Positions 61,650 through 64,000 of a DNA stretch of 64,000 nt are shown here, one piece after another (position 1 is the first letter of the stretch; each line of letters starts with the position of its first letter). A model generated the notes under the pieces. The model saw only the letters and a list, made by a program, of their open reading frames with translations. It made no database searches and was not told the origin of the DNA. The stretch comes from Orbicella franksi (taxonomy: Eukaryota): assembly GCA_964199315.1 (NCBI GenBank), contig OZ116712.1, positions 8,680,001 through 8,744,000 on the forward strand, read 5' to 3'. The position numbers were made by a program, and so were the translations under genes.

Positions 61650-64000
61650 CTAGCTCATTTCACACGCCCAGTTCATTTCACAACATTCACCCGGAACACG
61701 TTTGACCTTCAGCAGCGGATTGATACAGGTATGCGGCACAGGAGGGGGCCCTGGGCACGGCTTATTGTGAAGGAAACCATTTCTGCATTCCATGACTACT
61801 GCGCATGACGCATCTGTGAGTTTCTCTCCGTGCGATAACCTGAGACCGTCGTATGCACAACTTTTGTCTGAAGGAAATAAAACTTGGTGTCGGTATTCAC
61901 GTAATATGTCAAACACGACAGACCGTGTTTGACCGCATTTCGAAACAACGAGAAGAGAGTTGGAAATACGACGCGTAGCGGAGTATTTTTTGACGAACTT
62001 CGAGATGTTTGAAAATATGGTCGACAGTGTCGAGTGTTTGATATATCTTCTAAATCGAAACAAGAGATAAGAAGAAAATGGAGAAATAAAATCGTAAAAC
62101 TGTATCCTGGTTAAGATCAGTTATCCAAACACCTTCTCAGTCATAATTTCCTTTCCTTAAATTGGATAAATTATTACTGAGTTTGAGAAGTATGGTGTAT
62201 GGGTAACCGAGGGTGAAAGTGCCGAAGGCGTTCGAAGCAATTTAGGGAAAGTATGGACTGCTCTTGTCAAGAGGTTTGTACCTTTAGACGGTAGCCTTAG
62301 ACGATGAAACTTTAAATAAAATTTTGACTTCAGACCAGATTTTACCCCTCCTAGCTTACCGCGTTTTGTTTTGTTTTGGAGGTCTTAATTCCCCTATAAC
62401 ATCCCTAAAATCACTTTATATTCTATTAAATATACCACTACAAGATCAATGATGAATTATTCTCAGTTACCTGAACAAACCCACAGTTTTTTACAGCATT
62501 TTCCAGGCACATTGATAGTCTTCAACTTGGGTCGTGCACAGTCCTTTGGCTTTCCTGGTATTTTAGGACAGTACTCCATGTTTAAATGGCCATTGTAACA
62601 GCTTACAACTCCGGTACATAGTGGATCGCTCAGTTTATAGCCATGCTTGATAACACGGTTGTTAAAAATACAGTGCCTTGCTAAAATTCAAAGAGATGAA
62701 AAAAAGCGATAAGAAAAGACCTGTTTTTCTTATGAGTATGTTATTAAAAATAAATCACTAGCAACAACAAAACAAACTAGACGTGCGGAAACTGGAAGTT
62801 AATAAGAGTGACGAAAAAGCCATTCTTGTCCATACATCCATAGCCCTACACCTTAAGAGTAAAACTTGGGTCTGGAGACGAGAATAAGTAACAGCGAACG
62901 TTTGGCTATCGCCTCCAGATTCCTCGCGATTTTTGGCATTTCGTTTCACGTTCCACAAGAAAAACTACGCAGCTGTTTTTGCACAATTACGCTGAATTGG
63001 AATATTCATATTAAGCCGTCTGGCAATAAAGTTATTCTCATTAAATTTATTACCTTTGCACTTCCATTTCATGTGACAGCATTTTCCACTCCGGTGTTTT
63101 ACGATCAGCCGTGGTCGGGCACAGTCGTCAGGTTTCGGTGGAATACCCGAGCATTTTTTTACAGTAGCGATGCCATCTTTACATCGAACGACGCCCCCAC
63201 ATAATTCACCGCTCCACTGCTCGTTGTTTCTCAGTGTGAGATTTCCGTACCGACAGTGAAACTCTAAAAAACAAAAACCGTTGGTTTCTTTCAGTTAAGA
63301 ACTGAACCCATATAATATAAAATAAGGGAAAATTTCGTTTTCCTCCAACTTAATTTGGACAACTCTTAAAGGCGCAGGTGCCGATATGGATCCTGCTCCG
63401 AGCCAGTTACATTTTCGGGGAACGTTCAAGCTGGTGTGAAAATTCTTGCAAGTTCACATTGCTAATGAGAACAATTCTATGATATCTCCTTCTATTTTCT
63501 CTCGACATTTATCTCTATCCTTAGGGACTTCTTCAAGATGTGAGCGATTGGGGCGCAAACCATCTTAGATTTCAACGACAGAGGGGGCCCATAAGACGAC
63601 ATTGAAACACTGAAAAAGGTATTGAAAGGTATAACGTGACTTCCCCGCGAACATGACACAAAGAATGTAGCGCGGTTTGAACACTAACTGTGCTAACCAA
63701 CTGAATGAAAATAAATACTTTGACACTTCAATGAAATTACTTATTTTTTTATTGTTATTTTGTTGAGCTTAGTGTAGGTCTCATACCTTGGTTCTTCTCA
63801 ATGTCTCCTCTCTTTTGTCCTTTAGTAATAAACCCGAGTTGCGAGAAGACGAAATGTGGATGAGGAACCGGAATGGCCTCACAGAGCTCCTTGCTGAAAC
63901 AAGCCACTCCATAACACCGCCCGTCAATCAACAATGCCACGTCACACGGGTGTCTACTGCAACACCGCTGAAGACATGCGTGCATGCTTGCGGTCTCACC
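61650..64000 (-). CDS. 3' part of a gene for a MANSC-like domain + three tandem 8-Cys VWC-like domains (exons >=64000..63787, 63263..63054, 62680..62471, 61867..61650)
   Basis: All introns are phase-1 GT-AG. The three exons share the spacing C-x17-C-x5-C-x9-C-x9-C-x13-CC-x5-C; the upstream exon has seven Cys (CLQRCCSRHPCDVALLIDGRCYGVACFSKELC). The 5' end lies outside the window. Confidence 0.85.

Noticed and set aside
62778-62841. ATG-started signal-peptide exon for a two-VWC protein
   Set aside because: A third repeat exon (63263..63054) and a phase-compatible upstream exon exist, so this is more likely intron; an alternative start cannot be excluded.

Overview
Eukaryotic, AT-rich, repeat-dense animal DNA. 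The gene and repeat families suggest an anthozoan cnidarian, probably a stony coral (inference). The first 26 kb is a cluster of intronless 'CRD-only' genes related to the Frizzled-5/8 ligand-binding domain. Two near-identical genes (1484..2110, 25598..26224) encode signal peptide + one CRD + a GPI-like tail and lie in a recent segmental duplication. Between them is a gene for a secreted protein with five tandem CRDs. Its first CRD is split by a 17.6-kb Mutator-like element (2990..20563; ~480-bp TIRs), which carries a frameshifted, spliced MULE/SWIM transposase and nested insertions: an AcademX element (TAG..CTA ends, GAT TSD, 4-exon 1395-aa frame), a TTAA MITE and an L2/CR1 tail. Further right are a Penelope retroelement with a hammerhead ribozyme, two divergent small Ly6/three-finger-like genes, a PIF/Harbinger element with TTA TSD whose Myb-like partner is frameshifted, an ~82-bp tandem array, RTE/SINE/MITE debris, and an intronless jun gene. 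The window ends with a Penelope remnant carrying two inverted hammerhead copies and the 3' part of a gene encoding a MANSC-like domain plus three 8-Cys VWC-like repeats. Splice models, alignments and family assignments were made by eye; no database search was run.
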